Below are positions 18,868 through 29,607 of a stretch of 64,000 nt of DNA, piece after piece. The notes under the pieces were generated by a model. That model was not told the origin of the DNA. It ran no database searches and saw nothing but the letters and a program-made list of their open reading frames with translations. Each line of letters starts with the position of its first letter. The first letter of the stretch is position 1. The DNA is taken from assembly GCA_017985675.1 (NCBI GenBank), contig JAGNXB010000001.1, positions 364,743 to 428,742 on the forward strand, given 5' to 3'. The stretch is from Saprospiraceae bacterium. Its GTDB lineage: Bacteria > Bacteroidota > Bacteroidia > Chitinophagales > Saprospiraceae. Made by a program: the position numbers and the translations under genes.

Positions 18868-19539
18868 TTACTCTTGCAAGCCATTTCGAGAGGGGGAGAT
18901 GATGGCTGGTTCATTATACTCATTTAACGACTGACGTATGAAACCGGATAAAATTTCCAATCCTGCGCCGAAGTGCCTGTTATTATTAATTATGATATCA
19001 CAATCATCAATATAGGGAAGGATATACTTCTCAAAAGTGGGCAACACATGATGTTCATATCGGTATAATACATCGTCCAGAGGATAATTCCGCTCAACCT
19101 GATCCCTCCGGATCCGACGGATGACTTTAAGATTTTCCTTAGCATGGAGGAACACCCTGATATCTAATAATTTTCTGATGTTTTTAAAATGGAGGACAAA
19201 AATTCCTTCTACAATAATAATAGGTGCAGGTAAAAAGACATGGTGACTTGGTGTAATTAATTGATTATTAAAGGTGTACTCTTCTCGTTCCACCGGCTCA
19301 TTTTTCAATAAGCACAAAATGTCATGATAAAACGCTTCCTTGTCTATTGACTTAGGACGGTCAAAATTTTTTACACCGTGTTTGTCAATTTTCTGATCCC
19401 CCCGGGGTTTATAGTAGTCGTCTTGGGAGATAAAACAAACTTCTTGCGGAGTAAATTTTTCTTTCAATGCTCTAATCAGCGAAGTTTTTCCTGATCCGCT
19501 TCCGCCGGTAATCCCAATGAGTAGGTTTTTCTGTTCCAC
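18868..19539 (-). CDS. udk: Uridine kinase
   Basis: P-loop IGITGGSGSGKTS and uridine/cytidine kinase-like length and layout. Confidence 0.85.
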   Translation of the reverse strand: MEQKNLLIGITGGSGSGKTSLIRALKEKFTPQEVCFISQDDYYKPRGDQKIDKHGVKNFDRPKSIDKEAFYHDILCLLKNEPVEREEYTFNNQLITPSHHVFLPAPIIIVEGIFVLHFKNIRKLLDIRVFLHAKENLKVIRRIRRDQVERNYPLDDVLYRYEHHVLPTFEKYILPYIDDCDIIINNNRHFGAGLEILSGFIRQSLNEYNEPAIISPSRNGLQE

Positions 19540-19648
19540 GCTGCCAAGATAAGGTGTTTTCCAAAAGGATTCAACTGCGGCCCCTCACACTGCAATGTTA
19601 CCAGATAATACCAGATCTGTCTTACATTGGAGGTTGAAAAAAACCACT

Positions 19649-20950
19649 ATGGATTGGATTCTTGACCTGGGGCGAGCGATAATTGGGATGCTAGTTCTCA
19701 TCTTTTTATGTTTTCTGTTAAGTCGGAATAGGCGTTCCATTAATTGGCGACTTGTTGGCTCTGGCATAGTCCTCCAGATAATAATTGCCATTGCAGTGCT
19801 TAAAGTACCAATAATCAATAAGTTATTTGATTTTATAGCCAAATTTTTTCAAGCAGTATTGACGTTTTCTGAAGCCGGAGCCACTTTTTTATTTGGGAAT
19901 TTGATCACAGACAAGACCACTTTTGGCTATCTATTTGCTTTTCAGGTTTTACCTACGATTGTTTTTTTCTCAGCACTATCATCCATTTTATACTATTTCG
20001 GCATCCTCCAACGCATCATTTATGGCATGGCATGGGTGATGAAACGAACCATGCGCTTATCAGGCGCTGAAAGCCTTGCAGCAGCAGCCAATGTATTTAT
20101 AGGTCAAACTGAGGCACCTCTTGTTGTGAAACCCTTTTTGGAAGGAATGAGTAGGTCTGAATTGCTTTGTCTGATGACTGGCGGGATGGCAACAATTGCA
20201 GGGGGTGTTTTTGCGGCTTACGTAGGTTTTTTGGGGGGTACTGATCCAGCATTACAGTTATATTTTGCCAAACATTTGTTGACTGCCTCAATTATGTCTG
20301 CTCCGGCTGCAATTGTGGCTGCTAAAATGCTATTTCCAGAAGCAAGAGAAAAGGAAATTCAAGAACAAATGACTATGTCTGGAGACGTGGGTAGTAATGT
20401 TTTAGATGCGATCTCCAGAGGCACAACCGATGGCCTAAGGTTGGCTATTAATGTAGGCGCAATGTTATTGGTGTTTACTGCACTCATCTATATGGCAAAC
20501 CAGCTACTATTGTCTACAATAGGTAATTGGACAGGTTGGAATAGTGAAATTCAAGCCTCTACAAATCAACGGTTTGAAGGCTTCACGTTTACCTATTTAC
20601 TAGGAATGATCTTCGCCCCGGTAGCCTGGATTCTCGGCACACCATCAGGAGATATTTTAGTTGTAGGCCAACTGCTTGGCCAAAAAACTGTATTGAACGA
20701 GTTTTATGCTTATGCTGAGATGAAGAATCTTAGGGATTTGGGTATTGAACTACAACCTAAATCACTGATTATTGCTACCTATGCCCTGTGTGGTTTTAGC
20801 AATTTTGCTTCAATAGGCATTCAGATTGGAGGAATTGGGGCGCTTGCACCTGGTCAACGAAAAAATCTCACTGAGCTTGGATTTTTGGCATTAATTGGAG
20901 GGACGATTGCCTGTTTCATGACCGCAGTTATTGCTGGTGTCCTTGTCTAG
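19649..20950 (+). CDS. nupC: NupC-family concentrative nucleoside transporter
   Basis: Polytopic protein with CNT-family segments (FVFGxL-like FLFGNL, GQTEAPLVVKP, MTGGMATIAGG). ATG at 19649 checked. It is divergent from udk. Confidence 0.8.
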   Translation: MDWILDLGRAIIGMLVLIFLCFLLSRNRRSINWRLVGSGIVLQIIIAIAVLKVPIINKLFDFIAKFFQAVLTFSEAGATFLFGNLITDKTTFGYLFAFQVLPTIVFFSALSSILYYFGILQRIIYGMAWVMKRTMRLSGAESLAAAANVFIGQTEAPLVVKPFLEGMSRSELLCLMTGGMATIAGGVFAAYVGFLGGTDPALQLYFAKHLLTASIMSAPAAIVAAKMLFPEAREKEIQEQMTMSGDVGSNVLDAISRGTTDGLRLAINVGAMLLVFTALIYMANQLLLSTIGNWTGWNSEIQASTNQRFEGFTFTYLLGMIFAPVAWILGTPSGDILVVGQLLGQKTVLNEFYAYAEMKNLRDLGIELQPKSLIIATYALCGFSNFASIGIQIGGIGALAPGQRKNLTELGFLALIGGTIACFMTAVIAGVLV

Positions 20951-21497
20951 ATACATTGTGTGATTCTTTCAGGTTTCGGTTGATTTGCCGTTGATGGTGT
21001 CTTAGGTGCCAGGTGAAAAACCAGAACATCCCAGCGAGAGGTAATTTACCTGCAAAAGGATGTTTAAAGACTTCTTTTTTGGCTAAAAGGGGGGCAACTT
21101 CTTTTGCCAGTTCCCGAAGTTCAATATGAGAAATCGACAATTGGGACAGAGTTTCTTCAAAGGTTTCACCATCCGGAAGCCGGGAATTACTGACTAATGC
21201 TGGAGCTTTAAAACGGATTGGACTGGCTAATGAAATGTGCAATAATTGTAATCGCAAGTAACTGGCTACTCCAGCTCTTCTCAATTCACCCGGGTTTGAG
21301 GTTTTCCTACGTACATATTGAAGAGACAGGCGCTCTGACAAATTTAAATGCTGGATGATTTGTTGAATGGTCCAGCCACCATCAACAGGGATTTGCAAAA
21401 GTTGCTCTTGATCAAGAGATGAAATGTGGTTATGGATTTCTTGCCAGGCAATCTCCCATGCTTTGATTGCATTTTTAAGATCTGGGTGAACTTCCAT
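20928..21497 (-). CDS. DinB-family (four-helix bundle) protein
   Basis: Size and spaced His residues (IQHLNLSE..., WHLRHHQRQI) resemble the DinB/YfiT superfamily. Its 3-prime end overlaps nupC by 23 nt (convergent). Confidence 0.5.
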   Translation of the reverse strand: MEVHPDLKNAIKAWEIAWQEIHNHISSLDQEQLLQIPVDGGWTIQQIIQHLNLSERLSLQYVRRKTSNPGELRRAGVASYLRLQLLHISLASPIRFKAPALVSNSRLPDGETFEETLSQLSISHIELRELAKEVAPLLAKKEVFKHPFAGKLPLAGMFWFFTWHLRHHQRQINRNLKESHNVSRQGHQQ

Positions 21498-21588
21498 GGG
21501 TGAATTGTTATTGTAAAGCTAATCCGTTTATTTGGGTAAATTACTCTGGATTCAAAATTATAAAATACACCAATCTCAAACAATAATT

Positions 21589-22572
21589 ATGGAATATAGA
21601 TACATGGGCAAAACAGGGCTGCAGCTGAGCGCTTTGTCCCTTGGAAGTTGGCTGACATTTGGAAAACAAATTGAAGATGTCGTTGCCGAGCGATTGATGG
21701 CAATTGCTTACGAGCGTGGAGTGAACTTTTTTGATAATGCAGAAATATATGCCCGCGGACAATCCGAAATCGTCATGGGGAAAATCCTGAAAAAATTGAA
21801 TTGGGATCGCAGTACCTATGTAGTTTCGTCAAAAGTTTTTTTTGGTGATGGTGGAAAGTTGCCTAATCAGACAGGACTAAGCCGGAAACACGTATTTGAA
21901 GCTTGTGATGCCGCTTTGAAGCGACTACAGGTGGAATATCTGGATTTGTTTTATTGCCATCGTCCTGATCCCAATACTCCTATTGCTGAAACCGTATGGG
22001 CTATGAACCATTTGATTTCCCAGGGTAAAATCTTTTACTGGGGAACATCGGAATGGTCTGCTCAACAGATCATGGAAGCACATATGGTAGCTAAAGAGTA
22101 CCAGTTGATTGGACCTACTGTGGAACAGCCACAGTACAATATGTTACATAGGGATAAAATGGAGGTGGAATTTCTTCCAATTTTCAGAGGAATTGGAATG
22201 GGTACAACGATTTGGTCACCCCTGGCCAGTGGGTTATTGACAAGGAAATATCTGGATAAATACCCACCCAATACCCGATTGAGTATCGAAGGGATGGAAT
22301 GGCTCAAGGAACGTAATCTTACACCCGAACGGATACAAAAAGTTGTCGCCATTTCACAACTAGCGGATAATTTGGATGTTAGTTTACCTCGTTTAGGCAT
22401 TGCATGGTGCCTGGTTAATCCAAATGTCACATCCGTGATCCTTGGAGCTAGCAAAGAGGAGCAGTTGGTTGAAACACTTACATCAATAGAGGTAATGCCT
22501 TTACTAACTGTTGAAGTGTTACAACAACTCGAAACAATTTTGGATAACAAACCTACAGTGCCAGCTTTTTGA
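21589..22572 (+). CDS. Aldo/keto reductase (Kv-beta-like subfamily)
   Basis: MEYRYMGKTGLQLSALSLGSW start, plus FFDNAEIYA and YCHRPD motifs. ATG at 21589 checked. Confidence 0.8.
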   Translation: MEYRYMGKTGLQLSALSLGSWLTFGKQIEDVVAERLMAIAYERGVNFFDNAEIYARGQSEIVMGKILKKLNWDRSTYVVSSKVFFGDGGKLPNQTGLSRKHVFEACDAALKRLQVEYLDLFYCHRPDPNTPIAETVWAMNHLISQGKIFYWGTSEWSAQQIMEAHMVAKEYQLIGPTVEQPQYNMLHRDKMEVEFLPIFRGIGMGTTIWSPLASGLLTRKYLDKYPPNTRLSIEGMEWLKERNLTPERIQKVVAISQLADNLDVSLPRLGIAWCLVNPNVTSVILGASKEEQLVETLTSIEVMPLLTVEVLQQLETILDNKPTVPAF

Positions 22573-22605
22573 TCAAGTTTTTATAAGCTCTGGCAAAACC
22601 AAGAT

Positions 22606-22642
22606 AAAAAAAAGGTCAGCAACCGAAGTTACTGACCTTTTT
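22606..22642. terminator. Bidirectional intrinsic terminator between the AKR gene (+) and ilvE (-)
   Basis: AAAAAAAA-GGTCAGcAAC-cgaa-GTTaCTGACC-TTTTT. The stem is flanked by an A-run and a T-run, so it can terminate on both strands. Confidence 0.7.
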
Positions 22643-22658
22643 CGCCGGAAGAATTGGG

Positions 22659-23735
22659 TCATACAAGGGCTTCTTCTCTTATAGGTACCAACCAATTATA
22701 TTTATCTGGTAATCGGCCAGAACGCATGCCGTTTATTTCTGTCTTGATCATCTCGCCAATATGACGATCTTCTAAGGCGGGTAACTGCATCACTAAGTCG
22801 CCATATTTGATTTTGTCAACGTGGGAAACAACCGCAGCCGTTCCAGATCCGAATGCTTCTTCCAGTTTACCAGCTTTATAAGCATCAACAATTTCATCGA
22901 TGCTTATACGTCGTTCTTCAATTTCGTATCCTTTATCTCTTAGCATTTCAAGAATACTTTCTCTGGTAATGCCTTTTAAAATAGTGCCTAAGGTAGCGGG
23001 AGTCATAATCTTTCCATCGATCACAAAGAAAATATTCATTGTACCTACCTCCTGCGTGAACTTAAATTCCTTTGCATCTAACCATAAAACCTGGTCATAA
23101 CCTTGCTCCTGGGCTAGTTTAGCAGGTAGTAAAGCAGCACCATAATTTCCGGCGGCTTTCGCTTCGCCTGCTCCGCCCATTGCCGCGCGCACATACTTTT
23201 CCTCTGCAATAAGGGACACAGGTTTAGGATAATATGGACCCACGGGACCTGTGAAAATGATCATTTTATAGGTGTCACTTGGGCGAACACCGAAGAATTC
23301 ACCGTTGGCAAACATAAGGGGTCGGATGTATAAAGCACTACCTTCATCTTTTGGAATCCATTCCTGATCCAATTGTACCAGCTTTTGAATGGCATATAAA
23401 AAAAGATCTTCTGGAAAATCCGGCATACACATCCTTGCTGCCGAAATATTCAGTCTCTTTGCATGCTTTTCAGGTCGAAAGAGAAAAGGAGTCCCGTCTT
23501 CTGTTCTGGAGGCTTTCATTCCTTCAAAAATGGATTGCCCATAGTGAAGACCCATACATGCGGGATGTATCATAAAGGGGGCAAATGGGAGAATCTGAAA
23601 GTTACTCCACTCGCCGTCTTTATAATCAGCTGTGAACATGTGGTCAGAAAAGACCCTGCCAAAAGGAATATTGCTGAAGTCAACAGTATCCAGACGTGAT
23701 GCGGTCGTCTTCGTTACTCTAATTGGATACTTCAT
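22659..23735 (-). CDS. ilvE: Branched-chain amino acid aminotransferase (fold type IV PLP)
   Basis: 358 aa. LHYGQSIFEGMKA, GGAGEAKAAGNYG and GITR segments are typical of IlvE. Confidence 0.88.
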   Translation of the reverse strand: MKYPIRVTKTTASRLDTVDFSNIPFGRVFSDHMFTADYKDGEWSNFQILPFAPFMIHPACMGLHYGQSIFEGMKASRTEDGTPFLFRPEKHAKRLNISAARMCMPDFPEDLFLYAIQKLVQLDQEWIPKDEGSALYIRPLMFANGEFFGVRPSDTYKMIIFTGPVGPYYPKPVSLIAEEKYVRAAMGGAGEAKAAGNYGAALLPAKLAQEQGYDQVLWLDAKEFKFTQEVGTMNIFFVIDGKIMTPATLGTILKGITRESILEMLRDKGYEIEERRISIDEIVDAYKAGKLEEAFGSGTAAVVSHVDKIKYGDLVMQLPALEDRHIGEMIKTEINGMRSGRLPDKYNWLVPIREEALV

Positions 23736-23857
23736 TTGGTTTAGTTTCTGTAAAGTTAGCTAATTTTATCGAGTGTTACAGGCGTTTAGTATGTATTATT
23801 AATGATTTTTACCAATAAATTGGTTCAAATTCATTGAAAATGAAGATATTGTAATTT

Positions 23858-24289
23858 ATGGACTTTCTTGAAACCGTTTACGATCCTATCTCAAGGATTC
23901 CTGCTTATGAAGTTCCTTCCGATTCGAAGGAAGTACTCATACTAATTCCCCAATCGGAGGATCATCAGTTAACAATTATCTTATTTTCAAAGATGTTGGA
24001 TCGATTGGGCTATGCAATGGCAGACAAATGCCATGTTTTATCGATTGTACCTCTTCACCGGTATTTCTATCATCAACTTATTCATGATTTTGGTTTCAAT
24101 AAGCTGATTTTGTGTGGAATATCACCAGAGATATTAGGATTGCAATCTGCGCTGCCTATACATATCCCTGTTCATTTAGATGGTACGTTTTTATTAAGGA
24201 CTGATGCACCTGGTTTGCTGGAGAAAAGTGATGCCAACCATAAAGGTGCCTTTTGGCATGCGTTCAAATCAGCTTTTGGGCAATGGTAG
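23858..24289 (+). CDS. Hypothetical protein (143 aa)
   Basis: ORF immediately upstream of rdgB on the same strand. I recognise no motif. Confidence 0.4.
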   Translation: MDFLETVYDPISRIPAYEVPSDSKEVLILIPQSEDHQLTIILFSKMLDRLGYAMADKCHVLSIVPLHRYFYHQLIHDFGFNKLILCGISPEILGLQSALPIHIPVHLDGTFLLRTDAPGLLEKSDANHKGAFWHAFKSAFGQW

Positions 24290-24292
24290 CTA

Positions 24293-24886
24293 ATGGAATC
24301 TAAAAAAATGAGAAGTCTGCTTTTTGCCACAAACAACGGCCACAAGATAGCGGAGGTACAACAAATCCTTGGTGCAAGATGGCAGATCCGGTCTTTAAAG
24401 GACCAAGGCATTGAAGCTGACCTACCTGAAACAGGGATGACACTTCATGATAATGCCGTTGAAAAGGCTAGTTTCATCCATTCAACCTTTGGGGTGGATT
24501 GCTTCGCGGAAGATACAGGTTTGGAGGTGGCGTTTCTAGGCGGAGCGCCAGGTGTTTATACAGCAAGATATGCAGGCGTTTCAGCCACTCCAGATGAAAA
24601 TATGTCGAAATTACTCGAAGCCTTGGGTGATACAAAGCACCGCAGGGCTCAATTTCATACGGTAATTGCGATGTGGCTTGATAAAAAACTCATTACCTTT
24701 GAAGGACATGTATACGGTAGTATTGCATATAAATTAGAGGGTGAAGGTGGCTTCGGATATGACCCTATTTTTATCCCGCAAGGATACGACCATTCCTTTG
24801 CCCAACTTCCGCCTTACATAAAACAACAAATCAGCCACAGGGCTAGAGCTGTTGCAAAATTATCTGACTTTATTGCCGATTTGTAA
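24293..24886 (+). CDS. rdgB: Non-canonical purine NTP pyrophosphatase (RdgB/HAM1)
   Basis: FATNNGHKIAE, EDTGLEV, FGYDPIF and SHRARA motifs. Confidence 0.88.
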   Translation: MESKKMRSLLFATNNGHKIAEVQQILGARWQIRSLKDQGIEADLPETGMTLHDNAVEKASFIHSTFGVDCFAEDTGLEVAFLGGAPGVYTARYAGVSATPDENMSKLLEALGDTKHRRAQFHTVIAMWLDKKLITFEGHVYGSIAYKLEGEGGFGYDPIFIPQGYDHSFAQLPPYIKQQISHRARAVAKLSDFIADL

Positions 24887-24897
24887 TAATGGTTGTT

Positions 24898-26787
24898 TCA
24901 GCTTCCTTGTAAATCTATTTTGTATACATTGTTGGACGTTTGGATGTCAGCCATTCGTCGACTGGGATCAATAGCAATTGTTGTTGTTCCTTCAGGCCAC
25001 GGTCCTGGAACCACTAATGTATAGTTCTTAGACGTCCAGGGCCAATCTGGCGCTACATAATCCAAAGCAAAGAAAGCATCTTTTCGCTTAAAACCACGCA
25101 TTAGATCCAAAGGAATATGAACCCTTAAGACGTTGCCTTCTTCATACAAAATGGCTATGTCAATCGGCATAGGCATGGCGCTCTCTTGGCTGAGCAAAAC
25201 ATATAAATTACCTTGTTGAATCCATGCAGAATCAATGCTATAATCAATGGTTTTTGTTGAATTTATCCAGTATTCATAATACCAATCCAATTCAATGTCA
25301 GATCTTTTTTCAGCAACTCTGATGAAGTCTAGGGCGGTAGGATGTTTAAATTGCCATTGCGTGTAATAATCAAGAAGTAAGAGATCAAGTGTTTCTTTAC
25401 CCAGAATGTACCCAAGTTGGTTGAGGAAAACGGCACCTTTATTGTAAGCCGCTGCACCATAAGCAAAATTTGATCTATAATGGTCAGCATGGGTACTTAA
25501 AGGTTCCTCCACACCTGAAGCGACTAACCCAAAATAGCCGAGGTAGTTGCTCCTTTGGGTCGTGTTTTTATCCTCTCCCGGAAAGATTTGGGCCATAATC
25601 TCACTGGTTGAATAATTGGTAAATCCTTCATCCATCCAGGAATAGAGCAATTCATTACTTCCAAGCACCATTTGATACCACATATGCATTAGTTCATGCA
25701 CCGATACGCCAACCAGGCTTCGTAAAGGCCGATTACCTGTAATAAGTGTCAACATAGGATATTCCATTCCGCCATCACCACCCTGAGCTATCGTGTATTG
25801 TTTGTATGGATATTTCCCATAAAGTTTGTTGATGTGTAACAAAGCCTGGTCCATATATTCTGGAAGGGCTGTCCATGCTTCCTTATTCTCCTTTGTTTCC
25901 TTGTAAAGAAAATGGAAAACAGTGCCATCTTGCATGGTGTGCTTGGTATGGGTGTAATTGGGATCTGCTGACCAGGTAAAATCATGGACGTTGGGAGCGA
26001 GGAAATGCCATGTCTTTTTCCTTCCAGGTGACGTTACCACGGGTATATCTGGATTTTCATAACCTGATTGCACTTCTTGAGGATTCTGAATATATCCCGA
26101 CCCCGCTAAAATAAATGATTTGTCTATGTGGATCCGCACATCGTAGTCTCCCCATACACCATAAAACTCCCTTTGGACATAAGGATTAGCATGCCATCCT
26201 TGTTTGTCATAATTACAAACTTTTGGGTACCATTGGGCCATGGAATAAGCGATTCCTTCTGCGTTGTACCTTCCAGAACGCCGAGTCTGGATAGGAACCT
26301 GACCGTGGAATGTCATATCAATCACAGCACTTTGGCCCGGTGGAATCGGTTCGATTAGGTTCACTTCCAAAATGGTGCGATTTTCCTTGAAGTAAACTGG
26401 TTGCCCGTTTTGGGTGAGTTTTTTGACTTTCAAAAACCCCTCATCGGATGGTTTGATAGCTGATAATTTATTGAGTATCCTGAGATCCGGATCTGGTAAT
26501 TGGCTGGTCCAATTGAACATCTCACTATCAGACTGGAATGCATTAAAGTAGAGGTGGTAAAACATCCTCGTGAGCGTATCTGGTGAGTTATTCATGAAGA
26601 CGAGCCGCTGGCTTCCTTCATATTGATGAGCCTCAACATCAAAGTCAATTTCCATTTGGCAATAAATGCGCTGTTGCCAATAACCACGGTTTTGGGCATG
26701 TAGGGTTAATGAACTCAGAAAGGCTATAAAAAAAAAGGAATACCGCAATGGTAGGAAAGTTTTAAATGAACTTTGAGCTGTCTTCAT
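24898..26787 (-). CDS. M1-family zinc metallopeptidase (aminopeptidase N-like), secreted
   Basis: Signal peptide. HELMHMWY (HExxH) followed by WMDEGF (the third zinc ligand Glu). Confidence 0.8.
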   Translation of the reverse strand: MKTAQSSFKTFLPLRYSFFFIAFLSSLTLHAQNRGYWQQRIYCQMEIDFDVEAHQYEGSQRLVFMNNSPDTLTRMFYHLYFNAFQSDSEMFNWTSQLPDPDLRILNKLSAIKPSDEGFLKVKKLTQNGQPVYFKENRTILEVNLIEPIPPGQSAVIDMTFHGQVPIQTRRSGRYNAEGIAYSMAQWYPKVCNYDKQGWHANPYVQREFYGVWGDYDVRIHIDKSFILAGSGYIQNPQEVQSGYENPDIPVVTSPGRKKTWHFLAPNVHDFTWSADPNYTHTKHTMQDGTVFHFLYKETKENKEAWTALPEYMDQALLHINKLYGKYPYKQYTIAQGGDGGMEYPMLTLITGNRPLRSLVGVSVHELMHMWYQMVLGSNELLYSWMDEGFTNYSTSEIMAQIFPGEDKNTTQRSNYLGYFGLVASGVEEPLSTHADHYRSNFAYGAAAYNKGAVFLNQLGYILGKETLDLLLLDYYTQWQFKHPTALDFIRVAEKRSDIELDWYYEYWINSTKTIDYSIDSAWIQQGNLYVLLSQESAMPMPIDIAILYEEGNVLRVHIPLDLMRGFKRKDAFFALDYVAPDWPWTSKNYTLVVPGPWPEGTTTIAIDPSRRMADIQTSNNVYKIDLQGS

Positions 26788-27733
26788 CTAATATTGTAAT
26801 CGCGGAGGAATGGGATACCGGCCCGTAAATTTTTTGCCAATTCTGCCATTTGAACCTGCGAGAAGCAAGTATCATAAACAGGATTGCCGAAAAAATTGTT
26901 GCCATAAGCATAGCTAATGCATTTGGCTCGGCCAATCGAAATAGTGCCTGGGTTTGTAAAGCACTTCCTTCGAATGTGACAAAAAGTGAACCAAATAAAT
27001 TAGTGGCGGTGTGAATGCCCATAGCCAGCTCCAAACCATCATCCAATAAAGTAATTACCGCGAGAAAGACAGCAACGACCATATAGTATATGACCATTGT
27101 GGATAAACCAAACTTATCAATCTCCGGATTCATGAGATGCAATCCAGCAAAAACAGCGCTGGTTAATAAAATTGCGACTAAACGGGAATTTGTAGCTAAA
27201 CCTAAGCCTTGCATGAGGTAACCACGGACGAATAGCTCTTCAAAACTGGCTTGAATGGGTATAAAAAGCAGAGAAATGATCAATAGAGGTATAAACCCTT
27301 GAAGGGAAAATTGGAACGTATACGATTCGGGATATAGAAAGTAATTGAAGAGTTCATAGATTATACCAAGCATCATCCAAACACCCAACCCATAAAAAAA
27401 ACGAGACCAGCGGATTGCTCCTAAATTATTAATCAAGGTTGTAAAATCACGATTGTGCAGATATTTAATCACCAGAAACAAAGCCAATGTGGCAAAAACA
27501 AACATCATCAAGGCTAGCAGGAAACCCAAATTAGGATCAATTCCCATTGCATTGAAATCAAGCGTAGCTGCAAATTCCTCCAGTGAAGCGGTATTTTCTA
27601 AGCCGGCCGCGGCAACAGCAATCACTACGAATAGGGGAATTTGACCCAGAAGGTACCCAAATCCAACTGCTATTATTCCAACCAGGTACATCCACCATTC
27701 GTTGGTACCTTTTCTTGCTGCCTGAAAAAACAT
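26762..27733 (-). CDS. CPBP-family intramembrane glutamic endopeptidase (CAAX protease family)
   Basis: Polytopic protein. FEELFVRGYL (EExxxR motif) and later FAGLH / HTATN motifs. Confidence 0.75.
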   Translation of the reverse strand: MFFQAARKGTNEWWMYLVGIIAVGFGYLLGQIPLFVVIAVAAAGLENTASLEEFAATLDFNAMGIDPNLGFLLALMMFVFATLALFLVIKYLHNRDFTTLINNLGAIRWSRFFYGLGVWMMLGIIYELFNYFLYPESYTFQFSLQGFIPLLIISLLFIPIQASFEELFVRGYLMQGLGLATNSRLVAILLTSAVFAGLHLMNPEIDKFGLSTMVIYYMVVAVFLAVITLLDDGLELAMGIHTATNLFGSLFVTFEGSALQTQALFRLAEPNALAMLMATIFSAILFMILASRRFKWQNWQKIYGPVSHSSAITILDEDSSKFI

Positions 27734-27798
27734 ATTTGACGTAGTTTGGGTGTGAAATTATGTAACCTGGAGTTAATTTCCGGATATACGCTAAATTT

Positions 27799-28374
27799 GT
27801 GTCTATGAACAGTAAGATTCTCCGATCAAACCTCTTTATTGTAGCTGTTGTGATGGTATTTGCAGCTGCATTTTCCAGACTTCTACCCCATCCTCACAAT
27901 TTTACACCTTTAGGTGGAATGGCACTGTTTGCGGGGGCAGTTTTTCAGCGGTTTAAGTTTTCCTGGTTGATTCCTTTTGTTGCTTTATGGATAAGTGACC
28001 TTTTTTTGAATAATTTGGTCTACAGTCAATACAATGATGGATTTGCCTGGTTTAGCCAGGGCGGTGTTTTGTTGGCCTTTGTCCTTATTTTTCTGCTAGG
28101 CCGATTAGGTATTCGACAATGGCAGCCATTGCGCATCGCCTCCCTTTCATTTTTAGGTGCTATAGTGTTTTTCCTTGTTACGAATTTTACGAGTTGGGCA
28201 TCCGCGACGAGTCTTTATACCAACGACTTTAGTGGACTAGTGGCTTGTTATGCAGCTGGAATTCCTTTTTTCGGAGGTACCGTTTCTGGAGATCTGTTTT
28301 ATGGTTTACTTCTATTTGGTGGTTGGTACCTCATAACTAAACCTAAAACTACCCTCGTTCTCCAGATTGTTTAG
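27799..28374 (+). CDS. Small polytopic membrane protein (DUF6580-like)
   Basis: 191 aa with about 5-6 TM helices. The N-terminal LPHPHNFTPLGGMALFAG resembles a conserved Bacteroidota family I remember as DUF6580. Confidence 0.45.
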   Translation: MSMNSKILRSNLFIVAVVMVFAAAFSRLLPHPHNFTPLGGMALFAGAVFQRFKFSWLIPFVALWISDLFLNNLVYSQYNDGFAWFSQGGVLLAFVLIFLLGRLGIRQWQPLRIASLSFLGAIVFFLVTNFTSWASATSLYTNDFSGLVACYAAGIPFFGGTVSGDLFYGLLLFGGWYLITKPKTTLVLQIV

Positions 28375-28402
28375 TCTCCTATATGCTCATTTCAGCGGAA
28401 TA

Positions 28403-28433
28403 GAAAATCCTGACACACGTCATGTGCCAGGAT
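28403..28433 (-). terminator. Intrinsic terminator of the cysM-mec-cysO-moeZ operon (also closes the convergent + gene)
   Basis: The minus strand reads ATCCTGgCACA-tgacg-TGTGtCAGGAT followed by TTTTCTATT. It sits about 30 nt downstream of the moeZ-like stop (28465). Confidence 0.6.
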
Positions 28434-28464
28434 TGTTATAACCATTATTTGCCTAATTGAGATA

Positions 28465-29607
28465 CTAATAAACGGCAAGTGAAGGGTCAATTTTTCGTGC
28501 GTATTCCAAAATTCCACCCTTAAGGTTGACCAGATTTGAAAATTGTCCCTGTTCCTGAAGCAATCGGATTGCTTTTGCACTTCGGACCCCACTTCGACAT
28601 TGAACAATTACTTTGCGATCCCTTTGAATACGGTCACTTTGTGTGGTAATGTCTCCTAATGGAATCAGTTCTCCTCCCATTTGAGCAATTTCAAATTCAT
28701 ACAACTCCCGAACATCTATAAGTTGATAGGGAATCCCCGAAGTTTTTAGCTCGACAAATTCTTCAACAGTAATCTCAGCTACATCGTCCTCTAAAATGTT
28801 GATTCCACAAAATATCTGGTAATCAATCAATTCCGTTATGCTGGTGTTTGCCTGTTTGCGAACATTCAGCGTTCTAGTCTGGAATGTTGCCGCATCAAAG
28901 AGAAAAATACGTCCTGCCAGTGGTTCGCCTACATCGGTGATGACTTTAATCACTTCCAAAGCCTGCATACTGCCAATGATACCAGGCAGTACACCTAAAA
29001 CACCACCCTCTGAACAACTCGGCACAAGTCCCGGTGGCGGTGGTTCAGGAAATAAATCCCGATAATTTGGCCCGCGTTCTGTGGAAGAAACAGGATAGTT
29101 GAATACAGAGACCTGGCCTTCAAATTGGAAGATCGATGCATATACATTTACCTTATTTTCAAGCACACAAGCATCGTTGACAAGGTACCTTGTTGGGAAA
29201 TTGTCCGTACCGTCGGCTACAACATCGTAATCTCGGATAATCTCTCTCGCATTACTACGATCCAGCCGGGTGGGATGTACAGTGACCTGGATAAATGGAT
29301 TGAGTTTTAGAATCCTGGCTTTCGCCTGTTCTGCTTTCGACAGACCTACGTCCTCTGTGGTAAATAGCACTTGCCGCTGCAAATTGCTGTCATCGACCTG
29401 ATCGAAATCTACTATCCCTATATGTCCGACACCAGCCGCTGCTAGGTAAAGCAAGACAGGACTTCCAAGACCTCCGGCACCTATGACAAGAACTTTGGAT
29501 GCTTTAAGTTTCAATTGAGCTTCCAATCCAAACTCTGGGATCAGAATATGACGGGAATACCTCGCATATTCAGCCGCATTTAGCGAAATGGTATCAGTTT
29601 TTCGCAT
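28465..29607 (-). CDS. moeZ: MoeB/ThiF-type adenylyltransferase fused to C-terminal rhodanese domain (MoeZ-like sulfur-carrier activating enzyme)
   Basis: RYSRHILIPEFG, VIGAGGLGSP nucleotide loop, and a C-terminal rhodanese loop CRSGVRS. The ATG at 29607 is preferred. The GTG at 29637 (track start) would overlap the Gly-Gly codons of the upstream gene. Confidence 0.85.
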   Translation of the reverse strand: MRKTDTISLNAAEYARYSRHILIPEFGLEAQLKLKASKVLVIGAGGLGSPVLLYLAAAGVGHIGIVDFDQVDDSNLQRQVLFTTEDVGLSKAEQAKARILKLNPFIQVTVHPTRLDRSNAREIIRDYDVVADGTDNFPTRYLVNDACVLENKVNVYASIFQFEGQVSVFNYPVSSTERGPNYRDLFPEPPPPGLVPSCSEGGVLGVLPGIIGSMQALEVIKVITDVGEPLAGRIFLFDAATFQTRTLNVRKQANTSITELIDYQIFCGINILEDDVAEITVEEFVELKTSGIPYQLIDVRELYEFEIAQMGGELIPLGDITTQSDRIQRDRKVIVQCRSGVRSAKAIRLLQEQGQFSNLVNLKGGILEYARKIDPSLAVY